Source of the DNA: Nannocystaceae bacterium ST9
Lineage (GTDB): Bacteria; Myxococcota_A; Polyangia; Nannocystales; Nannocystaceae
Length of the DNA: 64,000 nt
Direction: 5' to 3'
Assembly: GCA_048320885.1 (NCBI GenBank)
Contig: JBLWFJ010000001.1
Location: 5,825,697 to 5,889,696 of the forward strand
Shown in pieces: positions 40,901-50,452 of this stretch. The position numbers and the translations under genes were made by a program. Under the pieces are notes generated by a model. That model made no database searches and was not told where the DNA came from. It was given only the letters and a program-made list of their open reading frames with translations. Position 1 is the first letter of the stretch; each line of letters starts with the position of its first letter.

Positions 40901-41001
40901 GCTCGCACACGGTCAAGTGGAAGTGGGACGACGGCAAGACCGACACCCAGACGGTCAGCGTCGCCGCCAACGAGTCCAAGCTGCTCAAGGGCAGCAAGTA
41001 G
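37948..41001 (+). CDS. Ser/Thr protein kinase with Pro-rich linker, (QQQPMH)n repeat tract, TM helix and C-terminal PEGA domains
   Basis: Kinase subdomains GGMAEVYKA, VAIKRI, HRDVSPPNV, DFGVAKA, SPEQ. Long P-rich region. 13+ imperfect copies of QQQPMH. TM IGLILGLVGLLIAALAVGVYVVFV. Three PEGA-like beta-sandwich units (...GKHQLEISKDGAFLAFSQEITIAAGQP..., ...SASAEGFEPQTLPITFTGDATQEISVTLV..., ...GSHTVKWKWDDGKTDTQTVSVAANES...). The true start may be an in-frame TTG near 38044. Confidence 0.8.
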   Translation: MERRPLVDFRRCHGCDRAPLARRFARLPLERSLLDLPKKLAQYQILERIALGGMAEVYKAVARGVEGFEKVVAIKRILPHVAEDDEFITMFKDEARIAAQLQHSNIAQIYELRSEGEAFYIVLEYVAGKDLRAIFEHARNIRRPMPLAQACFVIMAVCEGLEYAHNKKDRHGRPLGLIHRDVSPPNVLVSFEGEVKLIDFGVAKAAGRASQTQAGILKGKFGYMSPEQVRGETIDRRSDVFSLGAVLWEILCNQRLFQAETDFATLEKVRTVNIDPPSRINPAVPSKLEQIVMRSLAADLDHRYQTAAELHDALQAFMFEEGLFYSRKNLAEWMQDHFAKDIEAEKEKARQLPPAPPPSSKPNPKNTMMNPGSRPPPPPAGGAKKPPPPPTAAPPKPTPPAPSGGPPRQSSVPTESHQALPPDDKRGPPKPGRARAKTMVMTSSKADIPGVGKKPAPGGPRPKPPGAGGGGGGNSEFDWDDDELETRLFEGQEGDALAATPAPAPSAGAPRPAPITTPPASAPAAMPAGPPVGGGPRPGGLPAPGGLPAPGGAPRPGMPMPGGAGPTGTMPPNMVSAAAVQAAMHQQHQQPMHQQQPMHQQQPMHQQQPMHQQPMHQQQPMHQQQPMHQQQPMHQQQPMHQQQPMHQQPMHQPPMHQQQPMHAMGQGMPQQGMHAPMMNQGMNQGMHQVASATYEPDPPKRAPIGLILGLVGLLIAALAVGVYVVFVMPGGDDKAASAGDEGGAEVAKAGETGGLTLELVPPDAVVKLDGKLIEGSGSPRTIADLAAGKHQLEISKDGAFLAFSQEITIAAGQPLALPAVKLHAKDVALTIKVSPKQAAVALIAGTPDKTTAIGAGLDSHLAQVAREAGVAYSISASAEGFEPQTLPITFTGDATQEISVTLVAKAGGTVAVGPDPIPTNPIPTNPTEPIKEPEVKKPKDKKPSNKPKNSELKIGVAPGMPPADVYVDGRKQDKKTPVFVKVTEGSHTVKWKWDDGKTDTQTVSVAANESKLLKGSK
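39697..39937. repeat. 18-bp tandem repeat CAGCAGCAGCCGATGCA(C/T), ~13 copies, coding (QQQPMH)n inside the kinase gene
   Basis: Seen directly at 39697-39937, with minor C/T and copy-length variants (QQPMH, QPPMH). Confidence 0.9.
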
Positions 41002-41802
41002 CTACTCTTCGCGGACCAACACGTAGAGATCGGGCGCCAGGTAGGGAAACTCTGCCTGGCGCTCGGCTTCGAATTCCTCGCGCAAGCGCTGGATCGACTC
41101 GAGCCCGGCCTCGCCGATCAGGGCCTCGAGCTTGCGCTGGAGCAGGCGGCGGTGGCCTTCGTCCTCGGCTTGCAGGAGCTGGCTCTCGAGGAACTGGATC
41201 GCCAGCTGGTCGGTCGCGTCGTCGGCGACCAGCGTGGCGGCGAGCTGGCGGACCAGCGGCGGGGCCCCGAACGCGGCGGCCCGGCGGATCAGCAGCGCGC
41301 CCTCGGTCTTGGCGGCCTCGCGCTCTTCGGGCGTGTAGCCGGGCAGCATCTGCACGTCGCGGGTCAGCAGCATGCCGATCGCGAAGAGCAGCTCGTGGTC
41401 CTCGGGGAAGAGCTCGAGCCCGCGCCGATAGAGGGTGATCGCTCGGTCGATCATCGCACGCTCGATCGCCTGGCCCGAGTAGACGACGACCACGCCTCCC
41501 CACGCGTAGGGCCGACGAAACCCCGGGGCGAGCGTGTTGATCGCCTCGAGGTACTGCATGATCCACGCGTAGTTGGCCCCGCCCGCCTTGTCGCCCGTGA
41601 AGATCACCGCACGGATCCAGATCAGGTCGGCCAGGGCCTCGCGGTAGCCCAGGCTCATCGGGACCAGCTGCGCCGAAGGGGGCAGGTAGAGCACGTCCTG
41701 GTCGCGCGGGAACTGGGCTCGTCGCTCGTGGACCCGGTCGTGCGTCCACACGGTGGTGGCCGCGAGCACCGGCAAGACCAGGGCGAGCACGAGCTTGCGC
41801 AC
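41002..41802 (-). CDS. Secreted hypothetical protein (266 aa), helical/TPR-like
   Basis: Signal peptide MRKLVLALVLPVLAATTVW. Its stop abuts the convergent kinase gene stop (41001/41002). Confidence 0.5.
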   Translation of the reverse strand: MRKLVLALVLPVLAATTVWTHDRVHERRAQFPRDQDVLYLPPSAQLVPMSLGYREALADLIWIRAVIFTGDKAGGANYAWIMQYLEAINTLAPGFRRPYAWGGVVVVYSGQAIERAMIDRAITLYRRGLELFPEDHELLFAIGMLLTRDVQMLPGYTPEEREAAKTEGALLIRRAAAFGAPPLVRQLAATLVADDATDQLAIQFLESQLLQAEDEGHRRLLQRKLEALIGEAGLESIQRLREEFEAERQAEFPYLAPDLYVLVREE

Positions 41803-42033
41803 CGTTCGAGTCTATCAGCCGTGGTTCGCCGCGGTAAGCACGACGCGGTGACCACGGGAGATCGCGAGCAAGCCGATACCCGCTTCGGTTTTTCGTCGGG
41901 TCGAGGTGGCCGTCTCCGATTTTTCACGAGTTGCGGAATTCTGGAGCGAAACCCGGGGATCCCGCTGGTAGAATCGCTCGGCACCGGGTCTCTCGGTGGC
42001 GCTCCCAAACGTCTTTCTCGAGGTTGCCGCGCA

Positions 42034-43320
42034 ATGCTGACTGCACTCGTCGTCGTTTTTGTCATCGCCTACGCCGCGATCGCGCTCGAACATCCACTCA
42101 AGATCAACAAATCCGCGTCGGCGCTGATCGGGGCCGGGCTGCTGTGGACGATCTACGCGATGTCCATGACCGACACGCACGTGGTCGGCGAGCAGCTCGG
42201 TGAATCGCTGATGGGCACCGCCCAGATCGTGTTCTTCCTGATGGGCGCGATGACCATCGTGGAGGTGGTCGACGCCCACAACGGCTTCGAGGTCATCACC
42301 AAGCGGATCCGAACCCAGAAGCTGTCCTCGCTGATGTGGCTGGTCGGCTTCGTGACCTTCTTCCTCAGCGCGATCCTCGACAACCTCACGACCACGATCG
42401 TGATGATCTCGCTGATGCGCAAGATCCTGGCCAAGCACGACGAGCGGCTGTTCTTCGCCGGCATCATCGTGATCGCGGCCAACTCGGGCGGCGCCTGGAC
42501 GCCGATCGGCGACGTGACCACGACCATGCTGTGGATCGGCGGGCAGATCACCACCGTGAACATCATGAAGTCGGTGATCCTGCCCTCGATCGTCAGCCTG
42601 CTGATCCCGCTGACGATCACCGCCTACATCCTGCGTGGCCGGCCGGTGGTCTCGCCGGAGGCGGTCGCGGGCGAGACCACCCTGCGGACCACCGAGTTCG
42701 AGCGCAACCTGATGTTCTTCATGGGCGTCGGCATCCTGATCGCGGTGCCGGTGTTCAAGACGCTCACCCACCTGCCGCCCTTCGTCGGCATCCTGTTCGG
42801 CCTCGGCATCCTGTGGCTGACCGGCGACCTCGTCCACCGCAAGAAGGAGGACGAGGACAAGCACCACTTCACCTTGGTCCACGCGCTGAGCAAGATCGAC
42901 ATGGGCTCGCTGGTGTTCTTCATCGGCATCCTGCTCGCGGTCGCGACCCTCGAGCACACCCACATCCTGTCCTCGCTGGCCGCGTGGCTCGATCGGACGG
43001 TCGGGCGGCTCGACGTCATCGTGGTGATCATCGGGATGGTCAGCGCGATCGTCGACAACGTCCCGCTGGTCGCCGCGTCCATGGGCATGTACGACCTGGC
43101 GACCTACCCGGCCGACCACTTCCTGTGGGAGTTCCTGGCCTACTGCGCCGGCACGGGCGGCTCGATCCTCATCATCGGCTCGGCCGCCGGCGTCGCGGCG
43201 ATGGGCCTCGAGAAGATCCACTTCTTCTGGTACGTGAAGAAGATCAGCGGCCTGGCGCTGATCGGCTACCTCGCCGGCGCGGGCACCTACCTGGCCCAGT
43301 ACGCGTTGATGCATCCCTAG
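42034..43320 (+). CDS. nhaD: NhaD/ArsB-superfamily Na+/H+ antiporter (NhaD-type)
   Basis: ATG 42034, in frame inside track ORF 41152..43320. ~12 predicted TM helices. ...AILDNLTTTIVMISLM... and ...AIVDNVPLVAASMGMY... duplicated NhaD motifs. Confidence 0.7.
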   Translation: MLTALVVVFVIAYAAIALEHPLKINKSASALIGAGLLWTIYAMSMTDTHVVGEQLGESLMGTAQIVFFLMGAMTIVEVVDAHNGFEVITKRIRTQKLSSLMWLVGFVTFFLSAILDNLTTTIVMISLMRKILAKHDERLFFAGIIVIAANSGGAWTPIGDVTTTMLWIGGQITTVNIMKSVILPSIVSLLIPLTITAYILRGRPVVSPEAVAGETTLRTTEFERNLMFFMGVGILIAVPVFKTLTHLPPFVGILFGLGILWLTGDLVHRKKEDEDKHHFTLVHALSKIDMGSLVFFIGILLAVATLEHTHILSSLAAWLDRTVGRLDVIVVIIGMVSAIVDNVPLVAASMGMYDLATYPADHFLWEFLAYCAGTGGSILIIGSAAGVAAMGLEKIHFFWYVKKISGLALIGYLAGAGTYLAQYALMHP

Positions 43321-43351
43321 CGAGCGCTCGCTCGAGCGAGGCGACATGAAA

Positions 43352-43382
43352 GAAGCCCGCGGTGAGTCTCACCGCGGGCTTC
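43352..43382. terminator. Perfect 14-bp inverted repeat (AAGCCCGCGGTGAG tc CTCACCGCGGGCTT) between convergent nhaD and hybrid-kinase genes; candidate bidirectional terminator
   Basis: Seen directly in sequence; a GC-rich stem with a 2-4 nt loop. A T-tract is weak on both strands (CTTCTTTC on minus). Confidence 0.45.
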
Positions 43383-43405
43383 TCCGCGTCGTCGCGTCGG
43401 CTCGC

Positions 43406-45565
43406 TCAGCCCGCGCGCGGGTGCGGGCCCGAGACGTCGGCGCCCGGGGTGATCGGCACGGGCGTGAAGTCGCGGACGTAGCCGGAGTCGGGCTGCAAGA
43501 GGTCGGTGAGCAGGGCCGAGAACAGCCGGCCGTCCATCGGCTTGCGGACCGAGCGGGTCGGGCCCGCGCTGATCAGCCGCTGGATGGCGGCCTTGGTCGG
43601 CTGGTTGGAGAGCAGGATGACCGGCATCTCCGGGAACAGCTCGCGGACGGTCCGGAACAGCCGGCTGGCGTCGACGGCCTCGATCTCGAGGTCGAGGATC
43701 AGCAGCTCGACCTTGTCGCCCATCTCGGTCAGCAGCGGCGTGGCTGCCTTGGCGTCGCTCGTGCAGATCGGCGAGCACTCGGTCGCCTCGAGCAGCTCCT
43801 CGAACTCGTCGAGCGCGTCTTGATCCTCGGTCAGCACGACCACGACCGGGCCCTTCGACTCGCCGCGCAGGACCGGCCAGGGCTTGTGGGCCTCCTTCTC
43901 CTCGGCGGGCGCGAGCGGCAGGTAGATCGTGAAGGTCGTGCCCTCGCCGAGCACGCTCTCGACGGTGATCCGCCCGTGGTGGCGAGTGACCGTGCCCATG
44001 ACCATCGCCAGGCCCAGGCCGCTGCCGGAGCCGACCGGCTTGGTCGTGAAGAAGGGATCGAAGATCTGGTCGATGTGCTCTTCGTCGATGCCGGTGCCGG
44101 TGTCGGCGACCGTGATCACGGCGCTGCGCTGGATGCCGTCGTCGTTCGAAGCGTCGGAGTCGTCCTCGTCGCCGCGGTGGGGCGGCTGGCTGCTGGTCGA
44201 GAGCCCGATGGTGATCTCGCCGCCCTCGGGCATCGCGTCGCTGGCGTTGTAGACCAGGTTGGTGACCGCCTGCTGGAAGAGCACGCGGTCGACGTCGACC
44301 GAGACGTTGCGGGCCAGCTCGACCTTGAGCCGGACGTTGCCCGGCAGGCTCTTGGACGTGACCGGCAGGATCTGGCTCTGCAGCAGCTGGCGGAGGTTGG
44401 AGCGGACTGGCTGGAAGGTGCCTTGCCGGGTGTAGGTCAGCAGCGCGCCGGTGATCTGTGCGGCCGCGGCCGCCGAGTCGAGGATCCGTTGACCGTAGCG
44501 GCGGCTCTGCTCGGTCGTCGCCGAGCCCTCGGCGATCAGCTCGGCGTGCCCGCGGATCGGCGTGAGGATGTTGTTGAGCTCGTGGGCCAAGCCCGAGGCC
44601 ATCGTGCCGACGGTCTTGAGCTTCTGGGCTTCGAAGAGCTGCTCGCGCGACTGCTCGAGCTCGCTGATCTTGCCTTGCAGCCGCTTTTGCAGCTCTTCGC
44701 GCTGACGCTCGAGCTGGGTGATGCTGGCCTTGACGCTGGCCTCGGCGCCGCGCTGGCGGACCTGCAAGGTCGCCCCGAGCCCGAGCGGGATCGCCATGAA
44801 GGTCATCAGCACCGGGAGGGCGAACTGCCCGTCGGTGCTCATCTGCGAGGCCGCGAGCACGATCTCGCCACCGAAGCCGAGCAGGGCCGCCAGCACGTAG
44901 ACGGCCAGCGCCAAGTTCCAGCGCGGGCGCAGCAGCATCCCGCTCCAGACCAGCACCAGCAGGATCGCCGAGAGCATCAGCGGGCCCGGGATCCTGGTCA
45001 CGTCGGGCAGCATGGTGTTGAGCGCCGAGATCGCGATCGCGGCGGTCCACAGACCGCCGAGCTTGCGCGAGCGCCAGGCGAACGCGGCCCACGACAATCC
45101 CGCGCAGAGGATCAGCGAGATCATCCCGGCCCCGAGCTCGCGAAAGTGGCCGGTCAGCAGCTCGGTCAGCGTGAACGCGGTCGCGCAGATCGCCGCGACC
45201 AAGAAGAGCAGCGAGTCGCCGCGCAGCAGCGCGGCCGCGTCGATCGGGGTCGCGGGCTTCTCCTCGACGATCTCGGCGCTGATCGAGTCGGCCGAGCGGC
45301 TGATCTTCGCGACCGTGCGGCTCTTCGACGCGCCCGCGCGCGAGCCCGAGATCCCCGCTCGCCCGCCGCTCAAGCTCGAGTCCTCGGCCGAGGCGTCGCT
45401 CTCGATCGCGCTCGCGTGCGAGCGACTCCCGGCTCGGTTCGCCGCGTTGCGGATCACACTCGCGCTCGCGCGCTCGTGCACGGTGCTCTTGCTGGCCCCG
45501 CTCGCTCCGGGTCCATCCTTGAGCGGGACCTCGCTTCGGGTTGCCGTCGACTTCCTCTCGACCAT
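43406..45565 (-). CDS. Hybrid sensor histidine kinase / response regulator with polytopic membrane sensor region
   Basis: LKTVGTMASGLAHELNNILTPIRGHAELI (H-box), HATPase_c (DTGTGIDEEHIDQIFDPFFTTKPVGSGSGLGLAMV), C-terminal receiver (VVVVLTEDQDALDEFEELLEATECSPICTSDAKAATPLLTEMGDKVELLILDLEI...). The first ~100 aa are S/A/R-rich, so the true start may be downstream. Confidence 0.75.
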   Translation of the reverse strand: MVERKSTATRSEVPLKDGPGASGASKSTVHERASASVIRNAANRAGSRSHASAIESDASAEDSSLSGGRAGISGSRAGASKSRTVAKISRSADSISAEIVEEKPATPIDAAALLRGDSLLFLVAAICATAFTLTELLTGHFRELGAGMISLILCAGLSWAAFAWRSRKLGGLWTAAIAISALNTMLPDVTRIPGPLMLSAILLVLVWSGMLLRPRWNLALAVYVLAALLGFGGEIVLAASQMSTDGQFALPVLMTFMAIPLGLGATLQVRQRGAEASVKASITQLERQREELQKRLQGKISELEQSREQLFEAQKLKTVGTMASGLAHELNNILTPIRGHAELIAEGSATTEQSRRYGQRILDSAAAAAQITGALLTYTRQGTFQPVRSNLRQLLQSQILPVTSKSLPGNVRLKVELARNVSVDVDRVLFQQAVTNLVYNASDAMPEGGEITIGLSTSSQPPHRGDEDDSDASNDDGIQRSAVITVADTGTGIDEEHIDQIFDPFFTTKPVGSGSGLGLAMVMGTVTRHHGRITVESVLGEGTTFTIYLPLAPAEEKEAHKPWPVLRGESKGPVVVVLTEDQDALDEFEELLEATECSPICTSDAKAATPLLTEMGDKVELLILDLEIEAVDASRLFRTVRELFPEMPVILLSNQPTKAAIQRLISAGPTRSVRKPMDGRLFSALLTDLLQPDSGYVRDFTPVPITPGADVSGPHPRAG

Positions 45566-45701
45566 CGCGGGCAGTCTATCAGCCCGGACTCGCCGCGCGG
45601 CGATTCGCTATGGCCATTCTGCTCGCTGAAATCGCGTGATCCGAACCGAAACATCTTTGTCCGAATTCGCACCGATCACGATCTTTCGGCCAGTGGTGGA
45701 T

Positions 45702-47192
45702 TCAGTCGTCCGCGTCCGCGATCGCAGCACCCTCGAGCTTGGCGCTTCGTCGGTCGGGCACGTCGGGGTCGCCCTTGTGGATCCGAACCAGCGTGCCGGG
45801 GTCGCTGACGTGCTCGTTGGCGATCAACCACCCCGCCGGCAGGGTCGGCGTCGAGCGATCGAAGAGAAACTTGGCGTCGTGCGCGGACAGGTTGATGCAG
45901 CCGTGACTGGTCCGGTAGCCGAAGCGGTCGTGCCAGAACGCGCCGTGCAGCGCGAAGCGGCCGTCGAAGTACATCGTCCACGGCACCGCGTCGACCCAGT
46001 AGGGCTCGGGCTCGCTCGGCAGGCTCGCCATCTTGCCGTAGGCCCGCTTGGTGATGATTCGGTAGAGCCCGGTCGGCGTCGAGTAGCCCGGCTTGCCCGA
46101 GGCGATCAGCGTCGCGAAGATCGCTCGGTCCTCGTGCCAGAGCGTGAGGACCTGCTGCTCGAGATCGACGTCGATCAGCAACTGTCCGGCGAGCACCGGA
46201 TCGGGCGGAGCCCGCGGCCGCCACAGCCGGACGTGCGCGGCGGGGATCCAGCCTTCGGCCTCGCCGGGGACCTGGGCCGGCACGCGGATCCACTCGGCGC
46301 GATCGCTGCCCTTCTGGCGCTCGTCGACGACGAGCAGCTCGGCGTGATACGCGAGCGGCCGCAGCTCGGACTCGGGATCGGGCTGCGCGTACACGCCCGT
46401 CTTGCGGTTGATCACCCAAGCCAGCACGCGATCGTCGGGCACCGGCGCGGCCTCGAGATCGCGACCGGCGAACTCGCTGGGCTCGAAGGTTCGCATCTGG
46501 TCGCCGGGGACCACTCGACCACGCACGTCGATCAGCACGGAGCTGCCTGCGCTGCGGGCTCGCCGAACGAACGCGTAGGTCCCATAGGCGGCCAGCCAAT
46601 CGACCGGATCGGCGCCCGAACGCAGCGCGCTCAGGTGGCGATAGACCGGCAGCTTGGGCGTCGAGAGGTCTTCGTGGCGGACGTGTCGGGCGTAGAGAAA
46701 GGGCAGCAGCTTGTGCTTGGGCAGCGCCGGCAGCAGGTGCGGCTTGGCGTGCTCGTCGAGCTCGGTGTGTTTGCTGCACACCCACGCGGACTCGCCGACC
46801 TGCGCCCAGGGCCGCGAGCAACCATCGTCGTTCACGCCCTCGTGGGTCGCGTAGACGTGGAAGACTTCGCGCATCTCGATCCGCCCGCGCAGCGGCGACG
46901 CGACGTGCGGCTCGCTGAACACCGGCCGCGGCAGGCTGGCGCGATAGATCGCGATCGGCTCGGGCAGGGTCGAGGCCGGCGTGTAGGGCGTGGCCGACAC
47001 GCGCGGGGCGGGGCGCTCGGCGATCGCGGTCGCGACCTCGGCGTGCGTCGCTTCGTGCTCGATCGGATCCGGACGGCCCGCCACCGCGACCTCGGTCGCC
47101 GGCGGGACTCCGGGCGCCGCTCTGGGTGGTTCTTCGGCGGCGGTGCGACAGGCCGTCAGCACCAGGGCGAGGGGCAAGAGGCGCGCGAGCAT
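45702..47192 (-). CDS. L,D-transpeptidase (YkuD/ErfK family) lipoprotein
   Basis: ATG 47192 gives MLARLLPLALVLTAC (lipobox). C-terminal YkuD domain with catalytic ...YRTSHGCINLSAHDAKFLF... The upstream part of track ORF 45702..48074 is antisense to moxR. Confidence 0.8.
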   Translation of the reverse strand: MLARLLPLALVLTACRTAAEEPPRAAPGVPPATEVAVAGRPDPIEHEATHAEVATAIAERPAPRVSATPYTPASTLPEPIAIYRASLPRPVFSEPHVASPLRGRIEMREVFHVYATHEGVNDDGCSRPWAQVGESAWVCSKHTELDEHAKPHLLPALPKHKLLPFLYARHVRHEDLSTPKLPVYRHLSALRSGADPVDWLAAYGTYAFVRRARSAGSSVLIDVRGRVVPGDQMRTFEPSEFAGRDLEAAPVPDDRVLAWVINRKTGVYAQPDPESELRPLAYHAELLVVDERQKGSDRAEWIRVPAQVPGEAEGWIPAAHVRLWRPRAPPDPVLAGQLLIDVDLEQQVLTLWHEDRAIFATLIASGKPGYSTPTGLYRIITKRAYGKMASLPSEPEPYWVDAVPWTMYFDGRFALHGAFWHDRFGYRTSHGCINLSAHDAKFLFDRSTPTLPAGWLIANEHVSDPGTLVRIHKGDPDVPDRRSAKLEGAAIADADD

Positions 47193-47366
47193 CTCGGCGT
47201 CCTTATGCCACAGCTCGGCGAGGGCGTCGTGGAAGCGACCAAAGCCTCGCTCGGCGCGGGCCTTGGCCGAGCGAGCGCAGCGCCGAAGCTCTCGTGCGTG
47301 TCCGACTCGGAGCGGGCTCGCCCCGCGCGTGCTCCAGGAACACCGTCCTGTACAATGCCAGAGCCC

Positions 47367-48197
47367 ATGCAGCGCATCTCCAGCAGTGACCGGTACATCG
47401 TCTCCGACGAGCTCGCCAAGGCCGTCGACGTCGCCATCGCGATTGGCCGTCCGCTGCTGCTCAAGGGTGAGCCGGGGACCGGCAAGACCCTGCTCGCGGT
47501 CGACCTCGCCAAGCAGCTCGGCATGCCGCTGATCCGCTGGCAGGTCAAGTCGACGACCAAGGCGGTCGAGGGCCTCTACCACTACGACACCGTCCGCCGG
47601 CTGCACGACAGCCGCTTCGGCGACGGCAACGTCGCCGACATCGCCAAGTACATCGAGCTCGGTCCGCTCGGGCAAGCCTTCGAAGCCGAGCAGCGGATGG
47701 TCGTGCTGATCGACGAGATCGACAAGGCCGACCTCGAGTTCCCCAATGATCTGCTCCACGAGATCGACGCGATGAGCTTCACGATCCCCGAGACCGGGCG
47801 AGTCGTGACCGCCCGCCAGCGGCCGATCCTGGTGATCACCAGCAACAACGAAAAAGAGCTGCCCGACGCGTTCCTGCGCCGCTGCGTGTTCCATTGGATC
47901 GCGTTCCCCGAGCGCGAGCTGATGGCCCGGATCGTCGCCGTCCACCACCCCGACGTCGAGGACAAGCTGCTGGCCGGCGCGCTCGAGGCCTTCTATCGCC
48001 TGCGCCGGGTCGAGGGCCTGCGCAAGCCGCCGAGCACCAGCGAGCTGATCGACTGGATCGCCGCGCTCCGGCACGGCGCGATCGATCCGGCCAAGCTGCT
48101 CGGCGCCGGGCTGCCCTTCCTCGGCGTGCTGCTCAAGAAGGAGCAGGACGTCGCGACCGCCGAGCGCACGGCCACGCCGGGACGCGGGAGGGCCTGA
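47367..48197 (+). CDS. MoxR-family AAA+ ATPase (CoxD-like)
   Basis: ATG 47367, in frame inside track ORF 45636..48197. Walker A LLLKGEPGTGKTLLA; Walker B VVLIDEIDKAD; ...ITSNNEKELPDAFLRRC... sensor/arginine finger. Directly followed by a VWA gene. Confidence 0.85.
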   Translation: MQRISSSDRYIVSDELAKAVDVAIAIGRPLLLKGEPGTGKTLLAVDLAKQLGMPLIRWQVKSTTKAVEGLYHYDTVRRLHDSRFGDGNVADIAKYIELGPLGQAFEAEQRMVVLIDEIDKADLEFPNDLLHEIDAMSFTIPETGRVVTARQRPILVITSNNEKELPDAFLRRCVFHWIAFPERELMARIVAVHHPDVEDKLLAGALEAFYRLRRVEGLRKPPSTSELIDWIAALRHGAIDPAKLLGAGLPFLGVLLKKEQDVATAERTATPGRGRA

Positions 48198-48199
48198 GC

Positions 48200-49453
48200 A
48201 TGCTGGCCGCGCGCACCCGGACCACCAGCGTCCCGCTCTTCCTCGACTTCTTCTACGAGCTGCGAGCCAACGGGGTCTCGGTCAGCGCCCACAACTGGAT
48301 CGCGCTGCTCGACGCGCTCGCCCAGGGCCTGCACGAAGACAGCCTCGACGGGTTCTATGCGGTCGCGCGCTGCATCCTGGTCGACGACGAGAGCGACTAC
48401 GACGGCTTCGACGTCGCGTTCGGCAAGACCTTCCGCGGCTTGATCGTCGACCTCGAGCACCTCGCCGCCCAGCTCGACGAGTGGCTGCGCGATCCCAAGC
48501 AGCTGCTCGCGCTCGACCCGGCCACCCAGGCGCTGCTGCAGGAGCTCGGGATCGACGAGCTGCGCCGGCAATTGCTCGAGCGGCTCGAGCAGCAGAAGAA
48601 GCGCCACGAGGGCGGCAACCGCTGGGTCGGGACCGGCGGGACCTCGCCCTTCGGCTCGGGCGGCGTCAACCCGGCCGGCGTGCGGCTCGGGCAGGGCGGC
48701 GGCCGCTCGGCGCTGGCCGTCGCCGACGCTCGTCGGTTTCGCGAGCTCCGCAAGGACCTCGTGCTCGACACCCGCCAGATGGGCGTCGCGCTCCGACGCC
48801 TGCGCAAGCTCGACCGCAAGGGCGAGCTGGTCGAGCTCGACATCGACGAGACCGTCGACGCGACCGCCCGCAACTGCGGCGACCTCGAGATCGTCATGCG
48901 GCCGCCTCGCAAGAACGACGTGCGGGTGATGCTGCTGCTCGACGTCGGCGGCAGCATGGATCCGCACGCCGAGCTCTCGAGCCGGCTGTTCTCGGCCGCC
49001 GCCCAGCACGGCGGGTTCAAGGAGTTCAAGTCCTACTACTTCCACAACTGCGTGTACTCGCGGGTCTACGAGGACGCGCAGTTCAGCAAGTCGGTCACGA
49101 TCGACGCGCTGCTGCGCGGCGCGGGGCCCAACTGGTACCTGATCTTCGTCGGCGACGCGTGGATGCACCCCGGCGAATTGATGATGACCAGCTCGAGCTT
49201 CTGGAGCCTCGACAACGCCCCGAGCGGGCTGCGCTGCCTGGCCAAGCTGGCCGACCAGTTCCCGCGCGCGGCCTGGCTCAACCCCGAGCCGGCCCGGCTC
49301 TGGGAGGCGCCGACGATCCACGAGATCCGCAAAATGTTCAGCATGTTCCCGCTGACCCTCGCCGGGCTCGAGGAGATGGTCCGGCACATGCGGCTGCCGG
49401 CGTCTCCGGCCCGCCGCGCGCACATCGGCAAGGTCCTGCGCGAGGGCGAGTGA
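48200..49453 (+). CDS. VWA-domain protein of the CoxE-like family (MoxR partner)
   Basis: ATG 48200 (3 nt after the moxR stop), in frame inside track ORF 47894..49453. MIDAS-like VMLLLDVGGSM within a C-terminal VWA fold. Confidence 0.75.
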   Translation: MLAARTRTTSVPLFLDFFYELRANGVSVSAHNWIALLDALAQGLHEDSLDGFYAVARCILVDDESDYDGFDVAFGKTFRGLIVDLEHLAAQLDEWLRDPKQLLALDPATQALLQELGIDELRRQLLERLEQQKKRHEGGNRWVGTGGTSPFGSGGVNPAGVRLGQGGGRSALAVADARRFRELRKDLVLDTRQMGVALRRLRKLDRKGELVELDIDETVDATARNCGDLEIVMRPPRKNDVRVMLLLDVGGSMDPHAELSSRLFSAAAQHGGFKEFKSYYFHNCVYSRVYEDAQFSKSVTIDALLRGAGPNWYLIFVGDAWMHPGELMMTSSSFWSLDNAPSGLRCLAKLADQFPRAAWLNPEPARLWEAPTIHEIRKMFSMFPLTLAGLEEMVRHMRLPASPARRAHIGKVLREGE

Positions 49454-49486
49454 TCGATTCGCCGATCGCATGAGACAATCCGAGCG

Positions 49487-50359
49487 ATGAGCCCAGCGAC
49501 GCCCGCCGAGCCGACCCCGTCCCTGACCGACTCGCTCTTGCACGCCGAGCCGGCCCCGAGCGAGCGAGCGCCCGGCCGGCGCTGGTCCTATCCGCAGTGG
49601 GCGGCGTTCGTCGTCAGCCTGTTCATCGCCTACCACACGATCGTCTTGCTGGTCTGGAATCTGCCGGCCAAGGGCCTCAACCAGACCTTTCACAAGACCA
49701 CGCTCGATACCCTCAAGGGCTTCGCGTACTTCAACGGCACGCGCAACAGCCAGAGCTGGGCGATGTTCGCCCCCAACCCCAACCGCGACAACACCTTCAT
49801 CAAGGTGTTCGTCGAGGATCAGAACGGCGAGACCTGGGACTTCGGCCAGGACATCTGGGGCAACGAGCGCTACCCCTATCTCTGGTACGACCGGCGCGGC
49901 AAGGTCAACCGCAACCTCAACAACAAGAAGAACAACCAGCAGATCTACGGCGCGTGGGTCTGTCGCGAATGGGAGCGCCTGCACGGCGGCGAGCCGGCCA
50001 AGTCGGTCACCTTCGTGCGTCGCTACACCATGGTTCCCAAGCCCCGGGTGATCATCGAGAACGGTGGCTGGGAGCCCTGGAACGACCAGTACAAGCAGAA
50101 GGCGCAAGAGACGATCACGTGCAAGACCACGCCCGGCGCCCAGCTGCCCAACGAGCTGCGCGAGCGCTACGGTCTGCCGCCGATCGACGAGAAGTTGATC
50201 CGTCCGATCCAGAATCGGACCTGGGTCGACACCCGCGAGGCCGAGCGCAAGAAGGCCGAGCGCGAGGCCAAGCTGGCCGGGCGGGCGCTCGACAAGCCGG
50301 TCGCCAGCGACGACGCCGGCTCTGTCCCGGGCGACGTCGAAGAGCAAGAAGCGTACTGA
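49487..50359 (+). CDS. Single-pass membrane protein of unknown function, tandem paralog 1
   Basis: N-terminal TM WAAFVVSLFIAYHTIVLLVW. Conserved body ...FNGTRNSQSWAMFAPNPNRDNTF...WDFGQDIWGNERYPY...IYGAWVCREWERLHGGEPAKSVTF...ETITCKTT... Lys/Glu-rich tail. Confidence 0.6.
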   Translation: MSPATPAEPTPSLTDSLLHAEPAPSERAPGRRWSYPQWAAFVVSLFIAYHTIVLLVWNLPAKGLNQTFHKTTLDTLKGFAYFNGTRNSQSWAMFAPNPNRDNTFIKVFVEDQNGETWDFGQDIWGNERYPYLWYDRRGKVNRNLNNKKNNQQIYGAWVCREWERLHGGEPAKSVTFVRRYTMVPKPRVIIENGGWEPWNDQYKQKAQETITCKTTPGAQLPNELRERYGLPPIDEKLIRPIQNRTWVDTREAERKKAEREAKLAGRALDKPVASDDAGSVPGDVEEQEAY

Positions 50360-50452
50360 CCGCGAAGCCGGCGTCCTCGCCCGCGAGGCGAGTCGCCGCA
50401 CGCACGACCTGCGCGCGCACCCGAGAGAGCGCGTGGCACAATCGCCAGCGCA

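Noticed and set aside
41803-42033. Riboswitch or leader upstream of nhaD (230-nt divergent intergenic region with T-runs and a small hairpin CCGATACCCGCTTCGG)
   Set aside because: No recognisable riboswitch consensus. More likely a promoter region shared by divergent genes.
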